Source: an uncultured Verrucomicrobiae bacterium
GTDB taxonomy: Bacteria > Verrucomicrobiota > Verrucomicrobiia > Limisphaerales > DSYF01
Length of the DNA: 64,000 bases
Direction of reading: 5' to 3'
Assembly (NCBI GenBank): GCA_963751435.1
Contig: CAVVUP010000026.1
Coordinates: 15,604-79,603 of the forward strand
Below, piece after piece: positions 38,122 to 47,807 of this stretch; the stretch's first letter is position 1; each line of letters begins with the position of its first letter. Made by a program: the position numbers and the translations under genes. The notes under the pieces were generated by a model. That model made no database searches, had not been told where the DNA came from, and saw nothing but the letters and a program-made list of their open reading frames with translations.

Positions 38122-39023
38122 AACACACACTTCGAACCCCCTGGCTCCTGCTCCCGGTCATCGCCACATTGGGCGTGGGCGCGGCTCGACACGAACAGGC
38201 GGTCTCGGATCGCGAGACTTACAATCAAGGCACGATCAAGCTGAGCGAGAAGGATTTCAGCACGGCGGAGATGCTCCTCTTTTCCGTGGTCAGCGCCAAC
38301 GACGAACAGCTTCAACCCACCGCACTCTACAACCTCGGCCTGGCGCGCTTCGAGCTCGGGGCCGAGGCGCTCGCGAAAGGGCCGGACGCCAACACCGTGC
38401 GGCAGCGGGCCGCGTCCGCGTCAAGCGGGGCGGACGCCGCGCTCCAGGAAGGGCTGACCGCGATGCAGCGGGGCGAACAACAGGGCCTCATCCGCGCCTA
38501 CCTCCGCGGACGGGGAACGCGCCGACAGGTCAAGGAAGCCATGAAAGCAATGCAGGAGGCGCTCAATGTCCAGGGCAACGTGCTCTCCCGCTGGCATCGG
38601 GCCTCGGGCGACTTTCACAGCACGGCCGAACTGCGCCCCGACGACGCCGATGCCGCCCACAACGCCGAGGTCGTTGACCGCCACATCGCCCGACTTGTGG
38701 ACAGCATTCGTCAGATGCAATCGATGATGCAGTGCCTGGGTGACAAGAGAGAAGGGCTGCAACAGATGTTGGAGGGATTGGAGGGCCTGATCCCGGACGA
38801 CATGGGCAGTCCGGGTCCGGGCGAGGACGGCGAGGACTGGCCGGAGGGTCCCGAACCGGGCATGGAAGAGGCCAAGGGCCGCGAAGGCGACGAACGACCG
38901 ATTTCGCCGGAGGACGCGCAACGACTCCTGGAATCGTTCCAGTTGGATCGCGGCCGCGCCCTGCCCATGGGCTTCGAGGAGAACGCCAAACCGGAAGATC
39001 TGAAGCGGGGGAAAAACTGGTGA
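38118..39023 (+). CDS. BatC-like secreted helical/TPR-like protein with an acidic C-terminus
   Basis: Has a signal peptide and occupies the BatC position between batB and batD. ATGA overlap with the batB stop. Low-complexity acidic tail (PGPGEDGEDWPEGPEPGMEE). Confidence 0.6.
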   Translation: MKHTLRTPWLLLPVIATLGVGAARHEQAVSDRETYNQGTIKLSEKDFSTAEMLLFSVVSANDEQLQPTALYNLGLARFELGAEALAKGPDANTVRQRAASASSGADAALQEGLTAMQRGEQQGLIRAYLRGRGTRRQVKEAMKAMQEALNVQGNVLSRWHRASGDFHSTAELRPDDADAAHNAEVVDRHIARLVDSIRQMQSMMQCLGDKREGLQQMLEGLEGLIPDDMGSPGPGEDGEDWPEGPEPGMEEAKGREGDERPISPEDAQRLLESFQLDRGRALPMGFEENAKPEDLKRGKNW

Positions 39024-41110
39024 GTGCGATCCTGAACAGCCTTTGGGAGGTCTTCGCTCTCGATGAACCGGCCCCCGGACCGCGGATTGTCTCAATCCGC
39101 AGCGGCTTCGATGATGCGGTGCTGCTGCGAGTTGAGGACAACTCGCGCTCCGTGCCAGGGTTCAGGGTCCCAAGCCGCGATTTGGAAATCGTGGAAGCCT
39201 TCTCGGAACCGGCCCCCCCCTCTCGTTGTTCGGTGCTTCCAAGAAGCCCTCTTCTCTGCCTGCTGTTCCTCGCCGCACTCCTGAGTTCGCCCGCCTGGGC
39301 CCAGCCGATTGTCACCGCCCCGCGCCCCGCCTCCACCAACGAACCGGATCCGCTGGCGGCCTTCATGGTCGCGCAACCGCCGGTGGACACCGCTTCCCCC
39401 ATCACCCCCACCGCGGAATTCGAACCCGCCCTCATCACCAAGGGCCAATCAACGGTGTATCGCGTGGTTCTGAACGCCCTGCAGCAATCCGTGGACTGGC
39501 CGGAGTCCATCCCTGTCCCCGACGGCTGCACCGTTCGTCAGGGGGCCTCGGGCGAACTGCTCCAAAGCCTGGGCGGCCCCATCGTTCCCCGCACCACTTT
39601 TCTCTATCACTTGACCCCATCGTCAAACGGCACATTCACCGTGCCCGCTTACACCGTCCGCGCCCGGGGTGCGAACGTTCAGATCCCCGCCGCCACCGTC
39701 ACGGTCGTGCCCCCCGGTTCAACTCCGGTCGAACCGGCACCGCGCATTCAACTCCAGGCCAAAGGGAACGAGTTCTTTGTGGGCCAGAACATCGATCTGC
39801 AGGTCCTGTTTCCGGGAAGACCCGACGGCACGGTCGAGACCTTGTCCCAGGTGAACATGGTTGGGGACGGATTGATTGTGGACCACAACTTCCGCGCGCA
39901 GCGTGTCGAAACCCGCGTCGAGAACGGGGTTTCCCGACCGATGTTCATTTATGAAGCCTTGGTCACGCCCATGCGCGCGGGGCCGACCACGGTGACCGCG
40001 CAGGGTTACACTTTTGGAAACCGGTTTCAGGGCATGATCGTCATCACCGGCCCGGCCACGCTGCCGGGCGGAATGCCGGCCTACAAACTGGTGGATTCCG
40101 AACCCCTGCCCCTCAACATTCTCCCCCTGCCCCGCCAGTCCGAACTGCCCGGATTCACCGGCGCCATCGGATCATTCAGCGTCGATCCCCCCGCCCTGTC
40201 CACCAACCGAGTCCGGGCGGGGGATCTTCTCACGCTCACGGTCACCGTCCGCGGCCAGGGCAACCCGGAACGGATGCTGCCGCCGGAGATTCCGCCCCAG
40301 CCCCAATGGCAGGTGTTCCCGGCCCACAAGGACAACACCTTGCCGGCCATCATCCGCCAACGCGGATCCGTCCAGTTCCAATACAAACTCATTCCACTCG
40401 ATGCCAGCCTCACCGCTACGCCGGCCATTCCCTTCTGCACCTTTGATCCCGGCGCGCGCCGTTACGTGGACCTCACGGTGCAGCCCCAGCCCATCACCGT
40501 GGAGGCGTCCCCGTTCACAACCCTGGCTCCCGGACAGCCCTCGGTGGTCGAGGCCCGATCCTTCCTGCGCGCTCTGATCAGGAAACCCGACGTCCCCACC
40601 GATTTGGCCGACCTGCTTGAATCCCCCGGACGCACCGCGCACACGCTGCAACCGCTCCACCAACACCTGTGGTTTGCCGGCATTCAACTCCTGCCGGGCC
40701 TCTGGCTCGGCGGACTCTGGTTCTGGGACCGGCGCCGACGGTTCTTCGAGCAACACCCGGAGGAACTGGTTCGACGCCGCGCCCGAAATGCCATCCGGCA
40801 CCACGCCAAACGCGCTCGAAAGGCGGCCCGACAAGCCGACGCCCGGGACTTCCTGCATCACGCCCTCCAGGGCTTCCGGGAAGCAAGCGCGCCCGCGGGA
40901 CCGGCCGACCCACGCGCCCTGGTCTGTGACGACGTGCTCGCCGCGCTGCCTGTGAAACTGCGGGAGGCCCGGACGCTGGAGGTGGTCAGGAGGCTCTTTA
41001 CCGCCGCGAACGAATGGCGCTTCGGGGATGCGCCACCCGACCACCAGTCACTGCTGAACCTCTCGCAACAAGTGGACCGGCAACTGGAGGAGTTGAGAAA
41101 CAGCCTATGA
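39020..41110 (+). CDS. batD: BatD (oxygen-tolerance family protein)
   Basis: Signal/TM LLCLLFLAALLSSPAWAQ, a long beta-rich ectodomain, a C-terminal TM (WFAGIQLLPGLWLGGLWFW) followed by RRRRFFEQHPEE. The position and architecture match BatD. GTGA overlap at 39020, with an alternative GTG at 39233 just before the signal. Confidence 0.75.
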   Translation: MSAILNSLWEVFALDEPAPGPRIVSIRSGFDDAVLLRVEDNSRSVPGFRVPSRDLEIVEAFSEPAPPSRCSVLPRSPLLCLLFLAALLSSPAWAQPIVTAPRPASTNEPDPLAAFMVAQPPVDTASPITPTAEFEPALITKGQSTVYRVVLNALQQSVDWPESIPVPDGCTVRQGASGELLQSLGGPIVPRTTFLYHLTPSSNGTFTVPAYTVRARGANVQIPAATVTVVPPGSTPVEPAPRIQLQAKGNEFFVGQNIDLQVLFPGRPDGTVETLSQVNMVGDGLIVDHNFRAQRVETRVENGVSRPMFIYEALVTPMRAGPTTVTAQGYTFGNRFQGMIVITGPATLPGGMPAYKLVDSEPLPLNILPLPRQSELPGFTGAIGSFSVDPPALSTNRVRAGDLLTLTVTVRGQGNPERMLPPEIPPQPQWQVFPAHKDNTLPAIIRQRGSVQFQYKLIPLDASLTATPAIPFCTFDPGARRYVDLTVQPQPITVEASPFTTLAPGQPSVVEARSFLRALIRKPDVPTDLADLLESPGRTAHTLQPLHQHLWFAGIQLLPGLWLGGLWFWDRRRRFFEQHPEELVRRRARNAIRHHAKRARKAARQADARDFLHHALQGFREASAPAGPADPRALVCDDVLAALPVKLREARTLEVVRRLFTAANEWRFGDAPPDHQSLLNLSQQVDRQLEELRNSL

Positions 41111-41343
41111 GGCAGAATCCCTCAGCGAAAGGAGCGCAGACAACTTTGTCCGCGCGGCAGTCAGAAATGGCTCGCACGGACACGGCGGTCCGCACTCCGG
41201 CGTCCGGTTCCTGGAAACGACGTACCTCCAACAACTGGACGCGAATGGAGCCCCCGAACCCGGTAGGGCGCCGGTGCCCCGGCGCCCAGGCCACGCACAG
41301 CGCGGCCCGACCCTGCGGTTCATGGGTGACCGCCCCGCTCGCG

Positions 41344-42165
41344 ATGCCGCGCGTTGTAATCCTGAACCGAGTTTTCCGCCTCCTGTTCTTCGTCTGTCTA
41401 TGGCTGGCAACGGCCGTCGCGGCTCAGGCCGGCAAGGACGCAGCCGCCCGCTTCTTCGAGCAGGGATCGGCGGCAGCGCAGGCGGGCGATTTCGCGCACG
41501 CCTTTGAGATGTTCAGCGAATCGGCCGCAGTCCAGCCCGCGTCCGGCACCCTGCACAACCTCGGCAATGCCGCCTGGCAGACGGGTCGACCGGGTCCGGC
41601 CATCCTGGCCTGGGAACAGGCGCTGTGGCTGGATCCGGACAATGAGAACGCGCGGACAAGCCTGCATTACGCACGACGCAGCGGTGACCTCGAGGAACCG
41701 GATCTGCGCTGGTTCGAAGTGTGCTCCTCCTGGCTGCCCGCCGATTACTGGCCCTGGATAGCTGCGGGCAGTTTCTGGTGTTGTCTCAGCCTGCTGGTAT
41801 TGCCGACCGTGTTCCGGCGGCGGCGCCGGGACTGGTTCCAAGCCTTGGCCGCCGCTTGCGCCGCGGTCTTCCTGCTTTGCCTGCCGGCATTGGCCGGACT
41901 CAACAGCCGCGCGAAACTTGGCTTCACCCTTCCCAAGGAATCGGCGCTTCGGGTCACGCCCACCGCCGAAGCCCAGATCCTCACCTACCTGCGCTCCGGC
42001 GAACCCGTGCGACTGGAGAGGGACCGGGGTGACTACGCTCTGATCCGCACGGACTCAAGCACCGGCTGGATCCGGCGGGACGAACTGGGTGTGGTCGGGG
42101 CGGCACCGAACTCACGCCCGTTCCTCGCCTCTCACAAACCTGCGCTCAAAGATCAGGAGTTCTGA
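41344..42165 (+). CDS. batE: BatE (TPR plus SH3-like domain protein)
   Basis: Signal peptide, TPR (FFEQGSAAAQAGDFAHAFEMF..LHNLGNAAWQTGRPGPAILAWEQALWLDPDNENAR), two TMs and an SH3-like end (LRSGEPVRLERDRGDYALIRTDSSTGWIRRDEL). ATG at 41344. Confidence 0.8.
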   Translation: MPRVVILNRVFRLLFFVCLWLATAVAAQAGKDAAARFFEQGSAAAQAGDFAHAFEMFSESAAVQPASGTLHNLGNAAWQTGRPGPAILAWEQALWLDPDNENARTSLHYARRSGDLEEPDLRWFEVCSSWLPADYWPWIAAGSFWCCLSLLVLPTVFRRRRRDWFQALAAACAAVFLLCLPALAGLNSRAKLGFTLPKESALRVTPTAEAQILTYLRSGEPVRLERDRGDYALIRTDSSTGWIRRDELGVVGAAPNSRPFLASHKPALKDQEF

Positions 42166-43270
42166 GGCTAACGCGGTACCAGTCCAACGCCGCGTGCAGC
42201 CCCTCCTGCAGACGGAACGCAGGCCGGAAATGCAACGCATCCTGCGCGCGACGGATATCCGCCAACGAATGGCGGATGTCGCCGGCGCGAAATTCCCGAT
42301 GGACAGGCTGGAGATCCCCGATGGTGCGGTCGACACACGCCAGTTCCTGCTTCAACACCGTGAACAATTCATTCAGCGCAGTACGGTGGCCGGAGGCGAT
42401 ATTGAACACCGCCCCGCCCAGATCCGGCTGCGCTGCCAGCGCCGCGCGAAGGTTGGCTTGCACTACATCCAGAATGTAACAGAAGTCGCGACTCGTCTCG
42501 CCGTCGCCATTGATGCAGACCGGCTCGCGGTTCAGCAACGCCGAAATCCATTTGGGGATCACCGCAGCGTAGGCTCCCTCGGGATCCTGTCGCGGCCCAT
42601 AGATGTTGAAATAGCGCAACCCCACCGCCCCCAGCCCGTAGGCGCGGGCAAACACACCCGCGTAAATCTCGTTCATCCATTTGCTGGCCGCGTAAGGCGA
42701 AAGCGGACGGCCAATGATATCCTCGCGCTTCGCATCCGCAGGATCGTCCCCATAGACCGCGCTGCTCGATGCATAGACCACGCGCCGCACCCCGGCCAAC
42801 CGCGCCGCGTTGAGCACGTTGAGGAATCCACTGACATTGATCGCGTGACACAACTCCGGTTCGTCCATGGACCGCGGCACGGACCCGAGCGCTGCCTGAT
42901 GCAAGACATAGTCCAAACCGGACACAACACGGCGGAGCAGGTCCGCATCGCGAATGTCGCCCTCGACACATGTGAACCGATTCCAAGCCTCCGCCCCCAC
43001 GAGTTCGCGCACCTGGTCGAGATTCTCGCGTTTGCCCGAGAAGAAACTGTCCAGCCCCACCACCGTCTGTCCGCAACGCAGCAGGCTTTCGAGGAGGTTG
43101 GAACCGATAAACCCCGCCACCCCGGTCACCAGCCATCGGGCGTTGATCCCACGCAACAGCTCGTGGAACGGAACCTCCTGACGACACGCGAACCGGGTGT
43201 CGGACAGGCGACCTACCGTGGCAACCTTGCAGCCTAAAGGCGGGGTCGCGGCATCTTCGGATCCGCTCAT
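42146..43270 (-). CDS. NAD-dependent nucleotide-sugar 4-epimerase (WbpP/TviC-like)
   Basis: WLVTGVAGFIGSNLLESLL..GDIRD..VLHQAALGSVPRS..YAASKWMNEIYA..RYFNIYGPRQDP..GDGETSRDFCYI. ATG at 43270. The 3' end overlaps the batE 3' end by 20 nt (convergent). Confidence 0.88.
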   Translation of the reverse strand: MSGSEDAATPPLGCKVATVGRLSDTRFACRQEVPFHELLRGINARWLVTGVAGFIGSNLLESLLRCGQTVVGLDSFFSGKRENLDQVRELVGAEAWNRFTCVEGDIRDADLLRRVVSGLDYVLHQAALGSVPRSMDEPELCHAINVSGFLNVLNAARLAGVRRVVYASSSAVYGDDPADAKREDIIGRPLSPYAASKWMNEIYAGVFARAYGLGAVGLRYFNIYGPRQDPEGAYAAVIPKWISALLNREPVCINGDGETSRDFCYILDVVQANLRAALAAQPDLGGAVFNIASGHRTALNELFTVLKQELACVDRTIGDLQPVHREFRAGDIRHSLADIRRAQDALHFRPAFRLQEGLHAALDWYRVSLRTPDL

Positions 43271-43344
43271 GCGGGCTGGAGCATGACAAATCGCCCGGAC
43301 GGAAACAAATCCGCTTTTGCGGTCGCTGGAGTTCCTCCTTTCGC

Positions 43345-43450
43345 ACAGACATTCCTTGTCTGCGGGTTCGCAGTCCCTTCCAGTCCCGTGCCTGGAGAAC
43401 TGGCGACCGGAAAGTCGCCCGCAGCCACAGGCTGCAAAACCTGCGCTACG
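43345..43450 (+). repeat. interspersed repeat of about 110 nt, copy 2 (divergent intergenic region)
   Basis: AGACATTCCTTGTCTGCGGGTTC / CAGTCCCTTCCAGTCCCGTG / GGAAAGTCGCCCG / CAGGCTGCAAAACCTGCGCTAC. Colinear with 28575-28685. Confidence 0.75.
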
Positions 43451-43519
43451 GCGCATGGTGTCCGTACGCGCCCCTTGGCGGGAGTTGCCAGCCGGGGCGC
43501 TGGAGGCTATCTCTGAGCC

Positions 43520-43897
43520 GTGCAGGGCGTGAGAATTCAAATTCCCAGCAGGGGCATCGCTCTCCTGGCGTGCTGCCTTCTGTTGGCGGGCGGCTGCAGC
43601 ACCACCCGGGTGGACTGGAAGGCCCGGGTTGGTTCCTACACCTTTGACCAGGCGGTGACCGAGCTGGGCCCCCCAGACAAACAAGCCACACTCACCGACG
43701 GCACGCGGGTGGCCGATTGGATCCTTCGCCATGGCGGGATTCGACGGGTGGATGTCGGGTTCTCTTACGGCTACGGCCCCTATTGTTACGGCCCCGGCTA
43801 TCCGGCCTATGTGGATCATTACATCCCCGATTCCATCCTTCGGCTGAGCTTTGATCCCGAGGGGCATCTGAAGGACTGGAAAAGGCTCACGCGCTAA
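43520..43897 (+). CDS. hypothetical lipoprotein
   Basis: GIALLACCLLLAGGCSTT has a signal peptide plus lipobox. 125 aa. GTG start. Confidence 0.6.
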   Translation: MQGVRIQIPSRGIALLACCLLLAGGCSTTRVDWKARVGSYTFDQAVTELGPPDKQATLTDGTRVADWILRHGGIRRVDVGFSYGYGPYCYGPGYPAYVDHYIPDSILRLSFDPEGHLKDWKRLTR

Positions 43898-43935
43898 GTC
43901 GGCCCCCGGCTTCCGCACTTGCTGCTCACCTCTGA

Positions 43936-44265
43936 ATGAAACCGGAAACCGGCATCTGGAACCAACTGACGCGAATCGTGATCTTTCTGATCATCCTGGC
44001 CGGACTGATCGCGCTCGGACGCTGGTACCTGCCATTGATCCAGCAGAACGAACGCATGCGCCGGGAGATCCACCGTCTCGAATCGGAGCTGGAGATCGAG
44101 CGGGAGCAATCCCGGCAGTTACAGCAGGAAATCGATTTGCTGACCAAAGACCCGGCGGCGCTGGAGCGGGAGATTCGATCCCGATTGGGCCTGTCCCGGC
44201 CGGGAGAAACCGTCATCCGGTTCGAAGCGGCGGGAACGAACTCACCAGGACCGCAAACACCCTGA
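43936..44265 (+). CDS. ftsB: septum formation initiator family protein (FtsB/DivIC-like)
   Basis: One TM (IVIFLIILAGLIALG), a coiled coil (ERMRREIHRLESELEIEREQSRQLQQEIDLL) and DPAALEREIRSRLGLSRPGE. Confidence 0.8.
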   Translation: MKPETGIWNQLTRIVIFLIILAGLIALGRWYLPLIQQNERMRREIHRLESELEIEREQSRQLQQEIDLLTKDPAALEREIRSRLGLSRPGETVIRFEAAGTNSPGPQTP

Positions 44266-44269
44266 CGCT

Positions 44270-44806
44270 TCACCAGGTTCCGTCCGCCAGCAGGTCCACC
44301 ACCCGGCGCGCCACGCTCCCCCCCAACAGCGGCGCGGCCTGACGCTCGGCACTCATCAGGTCCTCCCCCGCACGTACCTGCGTCTGCCCGGACACATCCT
44401 GATCAAGCAGCTTCTTCCCGGTCAGGCGTTCATGCGCCGTGACGTGAACCACCACCACCAGATTGTAATCCTGCACCTGCACCAGATCCTCCGGATTGTA
44501 GGCCAGGCCCTGACGCGCGTAATTCTTGATCACCCCCTTCACAAGGATGTCGCAGTCGCTGCGGTGCCCCAGCCGGTAGGTGCCCTCCCGCTCCAGTCCA
44601 ATGCGCACTGCGTGGGTGAAGTCGTCCTCCAAACGCGGTTGCATCGTGTCGTTGACAAACGGTTCCACGTACACGGACTGTTCCCGCGCCGCCAAGCCAC
44701 TGCTGGGACCGAGGCGATAGCCGGCACAACCGGCAAGCAGGACCGTCAGGAACGAAACCGTCACCCCCCCCCACCAACGGACGTCAGTTGGTCTGGCCGC
44801 GAACAT
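44270..44806 (-). CDS. lptE: LPS-assembly lipoprotein LptE-like
   Basis: Lipobox LLAGCAGYRLG. Size and pattern (SVYVEPFVNDT..; later QAAPLL..VARRVVDLL) fit LptE. Lies directly downstream of the bamD-like gene. Confidence 0.6.
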   Translation of the reverse strand: MFAARPTDVRWWGGVTVSFLTVLLAGCAGYRLGPSSGLAAREQSVYVEPFVNDTMQPRLEDDFTHAVRIGLEREGTYRLGHRSDCDILVKGVIKNYARQGLAYNPEDLVQVQDYNLVVVVHVTAHERLTGKKLLDQDVSGQTQVRAGEDLMSAERQAAPLLGGSVARRVVDLLADGTW

Positions 44807-45770
44807 AATTCTTCAGGCTCTCGATGCGTTCACGCGCCTCATCGGCATAGGGCGATTCCGGCCCCAGCACGATGACCTCGTTGTAATAGACCAGCGCGCC
44901 AGCCCAACGATGCTTTTTCTCGTAAAACTTCGCGATCTGATAACTGCCGTGGGCCCGCTCGTTCCGCAGCGACGCGATGACGCTCTCGGCTTCGGCCACC
45001 CGCTTGTCGTCCTGATACAGCACCATGAAATCCGTGAGGGTGTCAATCGCCTGCACCGCCTGGCTTTGATCGTAGTCCGCCTTGTCCGCCTGCTTGTTGT
45101 AAGCCATGCCGGCAAGATACAGGCCACGGGCCGCCACCTCCGGCTGATCGTTATAGCGGTCCGCCGCAGTCTCATAGGCGCGGACCGCCTGGTGATACTT
45201 CTTCTGCTTCTCCCGGGCCACGCCCACCTTGATTTGCGCTTCCGGTGCGATTCGGCTGAAGGGCCCGTTCTTCACAATGCTCTCATACATCCCAGCCACG
45301 CGATCCATGGACGGCGGATACGGAATCATCCCCCACAGCTTGAACCACCTTCCGGCCAGGAACTGGTCGGCGATTTCATACTGGTGCTTGGCAATCGCTT
45401 CGTAGTCCGCCTGCATGGGAAACTTCTCGACCAGTTTCTGGTATTCCTTGAACGCGCGCTGCGGGTCGCCCTTGGCATCGTATGCCTTGGCCACCAATTC
45501 CTGCGCCTGGGGTGCGTAGTCGGACATCGGCCAGTTCTTGACGGTACGCTTGGCCGCCTTCAACGCCAGCCCATAATCCTCCCGATCGTAGGCGTCCTGC
45601 GCCAGGATAAGCTGGTCCTTGGCACGAGTCCGCTTCCATGCCCCTTCGGCGCCTACCGGCTCATACACCCAGCCCTCGCCGGGCGTGTAAATCAGGGGCG
45701 CCGGACAGTGCCAGACACCGCCCAAAATCACCAGCAAGGGGAGCAGGCAACGCGTGAAACCGCGAATCAT
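44784..45770 (-). CDS. bamD: outer membrane protein assembly factor BamD-like TPR protein
   Basis: Signal peptide, then TPR-like repeats typical of BamD/YfiO (ILAQDAYDREDYGLALKAAKRTVKNWPMSDYAPQAQELVAKAY..AFKEYQKLVEKFP..YAD). Confidence 0.7.
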   Translation of the reverse strand: MIRGFTRCLLPLLVILGGVWHCPAPLIYTPGEGWVYEPVGAEGAWKRTRAKDQLILAQDAYDREDYGLALKAAKRTVKNWPMSDYAPQAQELVAKAYDAKGDPQRAFKEYQKLVEKFPMQADYEAIAKHQYEIADQFLAGRWFKLWGMIPYPPSMDRVAGMYESIVKNGPFSRIAPEAQIKVGVAREKQKKYHQAVRAYETAADRYNDQPEVAARGLYLAGMAYNKQADKADYDQSQAVQAIDTLTDFMVLYQDDKRVAEAESVIASLRNERAHGSYQIAKFYEKKHRWAGALVYYNEVIVLGPESPYADEARERIESLKNYVRGQTN

Positions 45771-45789
45771 CGCCGAACGCTATAAACCA

Positions 45790-46045
45790 CCCGCAGGCAA
45801 GTCAAGAATGCCAAAGGCCAAAAGTCAGAAGTCAGTTTGCAGAATACAGAATGAAGGGCTCGGCAGCGCGCCGGAAGCCTGCGCGCGCGACCTCCGCCCC
45901 ACTGAAACCTGAACACCGCTTCGGAGAACTGGAGTGATGGAGTAGTGGAGTAGTGGAGCCAAGAGCCGATAGCCGAGGGGACGGTGTTTCAGTGCTTCAG
46001 TGTTTCCGGTCTCCGGTCTCCGGTCCGGTCTCAGCCTTCAGCCCC
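45790..46045. repeat. mosaic of short (7-9 nt) tandem repeats in the spacer between the bamD-like gene and the zinc-ribbon gene
   Basis: AAGTCAG AAGTCAG; CAGAATA CAGAATG; GGAGTGAT GGAGTAGT GGAGTAGT GGAG; TTTCAGTG CTTCAGTG TTTC; CGGTCTC CGGTCTC CGGTC CGGTCTC; AGCCTTC AGCC. Confidence 0.85.
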
Positions 46046-46054
46046 CCCTCCCTC

Positions 46055-46576
46055 CTACCCGCGGTAAATGATCAGCACCCCATATTCGGTCATCAGCTTC
46101 TGGCTGCCAATGTCGAGGTTCGTGTAATTGAACGTGGTGATGGTCACGATGTTCTTTTCGCCCACCTTCGCCAGGAACTGGCTCACGACCTCGTCGAACC
46201 GGTCGTGCCCCACCTCGATGCAGTCGGTGTGGCGGATGGTCTTGATCCGGACTTTCTTATCCGTCTCCTTGGCCGCGACCTCGAGCGGGGTCGGCGGCTT
46301 CTCGATCAGGCTTTCGGAGGGCTTGGTGTGCACCGGCACCTTGAGGTGCATCTCGACCCTGGCGGCGGCGGACGAGGCGATCGGATTAAGCGGATGGACC
46401 TCGCCCGGTGCCTCGGCCCCCAGTTCAACCCCGCCGCTCACGCGCGTTCCGGGATCGCCCAGTTTGGGAATGGTAATCCGCTCGCCGCAGGAGGGGCACT
46501 CGATATCCGAACCGGCGCCCGAAGCGTCCACTTCCAGTTCCTGTTCACAATGAGGGCAGTCGAAAATCACGTCCAT
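46055..46576 (-). CDS. zinc-ribbon protein with a conserved-looking C-terminal alpha/beta domain
   Basis: MDVIFDCPHCEQELEVDASGAGSDIECPSCGERITIP (CxxC..CxxC), a low-complexity linker, then IKTIRHTDCIEVGHDRFDEVVSQFLAKVGEKNIVTITTFNYTNLDIGSQKLMTEYGVLIIYRG. Confidence 0.65.
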   Translation of the reverse strand: MDVIFDCPHCEQELEVDASGAGSDIECPSCGERITIPKLGDPGTRVSGGVELGAEAPGEVHPLNPIASSAAARVEMHLKVPVHTKPSESLIEKPPTPLEVAAKETDKKVRIKTIRHTDCIEVGHDRFDEVVSQFLAKVGEKNIVTITTFNYTNLDIGSQKLMTEYGVLIIYRG

Positions 46577-46986
46577 AAGCAGGGTCTCCAGCGGCGAGAC
46601 TAGGACGTTGCCCCAGCCGGAGCCAGTGAATTTTTTGCGCGAAATAACAGCAACCGGATCACCTCAGCCGGGTCCTGCGGGCGGTGGCCAATCAGACTGC
46701 GCCTCCCGAAGAGGTGATGTTGGCGGATGACGGATCCGGCAATGACACGTGCAGACGTTACGCGGATTGGGCAAGCCACCCAGGCTTTTCGCTACGAACA
46801 GGCATGGCAGAACCATGAGCCTGGAAAAAACATTGGGAACCACGAAACTGTAAGAACTCGGAACAGGCACCCTTACGGTGGCTGAAGGGCGGCGATTCGG
46901 TGGTTCGCTGGTTTCCCTCCGGATCTCTGTGTCCTCTGTGTTGGATCCGTTTTGAGAGAAGAGCAGGAGGAGGAGGAGGAGGCCGG

Positions 46987-47757
46987 CTAGGGATACCTCA
47001 ATCGGAAGTATGCCTGCGCATCCAGTATCGGAAGTTCGACCGTCTTACTCCCGCCGACGATGACAGGAGTTGCGGTCACGTCAGTCATTGCGGTTGCCAA
47101 GTCCGGAGCGGTCTGCAACTGGCCAGACGGGTCGGTGACCGGCCAACTCACAACCACGGTATTCGATAGGGTCCGGATGATGGACAGTTCGCTTGGAACC
47201 ACCGCAGGTATCGGAGTGAACTCAAAACCCGGGCCGACCAGGAGAAACTCCGGCCCGGCGATCAGATTCGTGCCGTCGGTGGCACCGAGGTAGACCAATT
47301 CCGGAGCCACTCCAAAGCTGCCTCCGTTGGGTTGGCTCTCGTCGATGGCATTCCCAGACCAGAACTTGGTCCCGTTCGTGGCAAACCTCTCTGCATCGTA
47401 GCCGGTGACATAGGTTGTCGAGCCAGCGGAGAGCTGGAGCGGCGGAATGACGGCATAAATAAATTGGTTGCCCGGGGCACCACTAGCTGAAACAAGGGCT
47501 GACGCCAACACGGCGCCGCCGGGGCCAACCATCTGGACCACATAAGATCCGTCCACGCTGTTGCCAAAGGTATAGCCCAAGGAGGTCACCACGATGTTTG
47601 AGGCCGGCTGGAAGGTGAACCCAGCCTCGTTCTCAACGATCGCAGCATATGCCGCCGCTTCTACGTTCTGCAAAGCCTCCACCGCCATGACAGAGGCAGT
47701 CGACACCAAGCACCCGGCCAGCCAACCCGCCCGACGCAGTGTTACAGAAAGCCTCAT
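46987..47757 (-). CDS. secreted hypothetical protein with a C-terminal ..SWP..LQ..YFRLRYP tail
   Basis: The ATG at 47757 gives MRLSVTLRRAGWLAGCLVSTASVMAVEA (signal). The ORF-track extension to 48063 overlaps the dead toxin gene. The tail resembles that of the 1141-aa protein. Confidence 0.65.
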   Translation of the reverse strand: MRLSVTLRRAGWLAGCLVSTASVMAVEALQNVEAAAYAAIVENEAGFTFQPASNIVVTSLGYTFGNSVDGSYVVQMVGPGGAVLASALVSASGAPGNQFIYAVIPPLQLSAGSTTYVTGYDAERFATNGTKFWSGNAIDESQPNGGSFGVAPELVYLGATDGTNLIAGPEFLLVGPGFEFTPIPAVVPSELSIIRTLSNTVVVSWPVTDPSGQLQTAPDLATAMTDVTATPVIVGGSKTVELPILDAQAYFRLRYP

Positions 47758-47807
47758 CTTTACATCCGTGACCTCCCGCATCCTATACTCCGCAAAATTG
47801 GTCCGAG

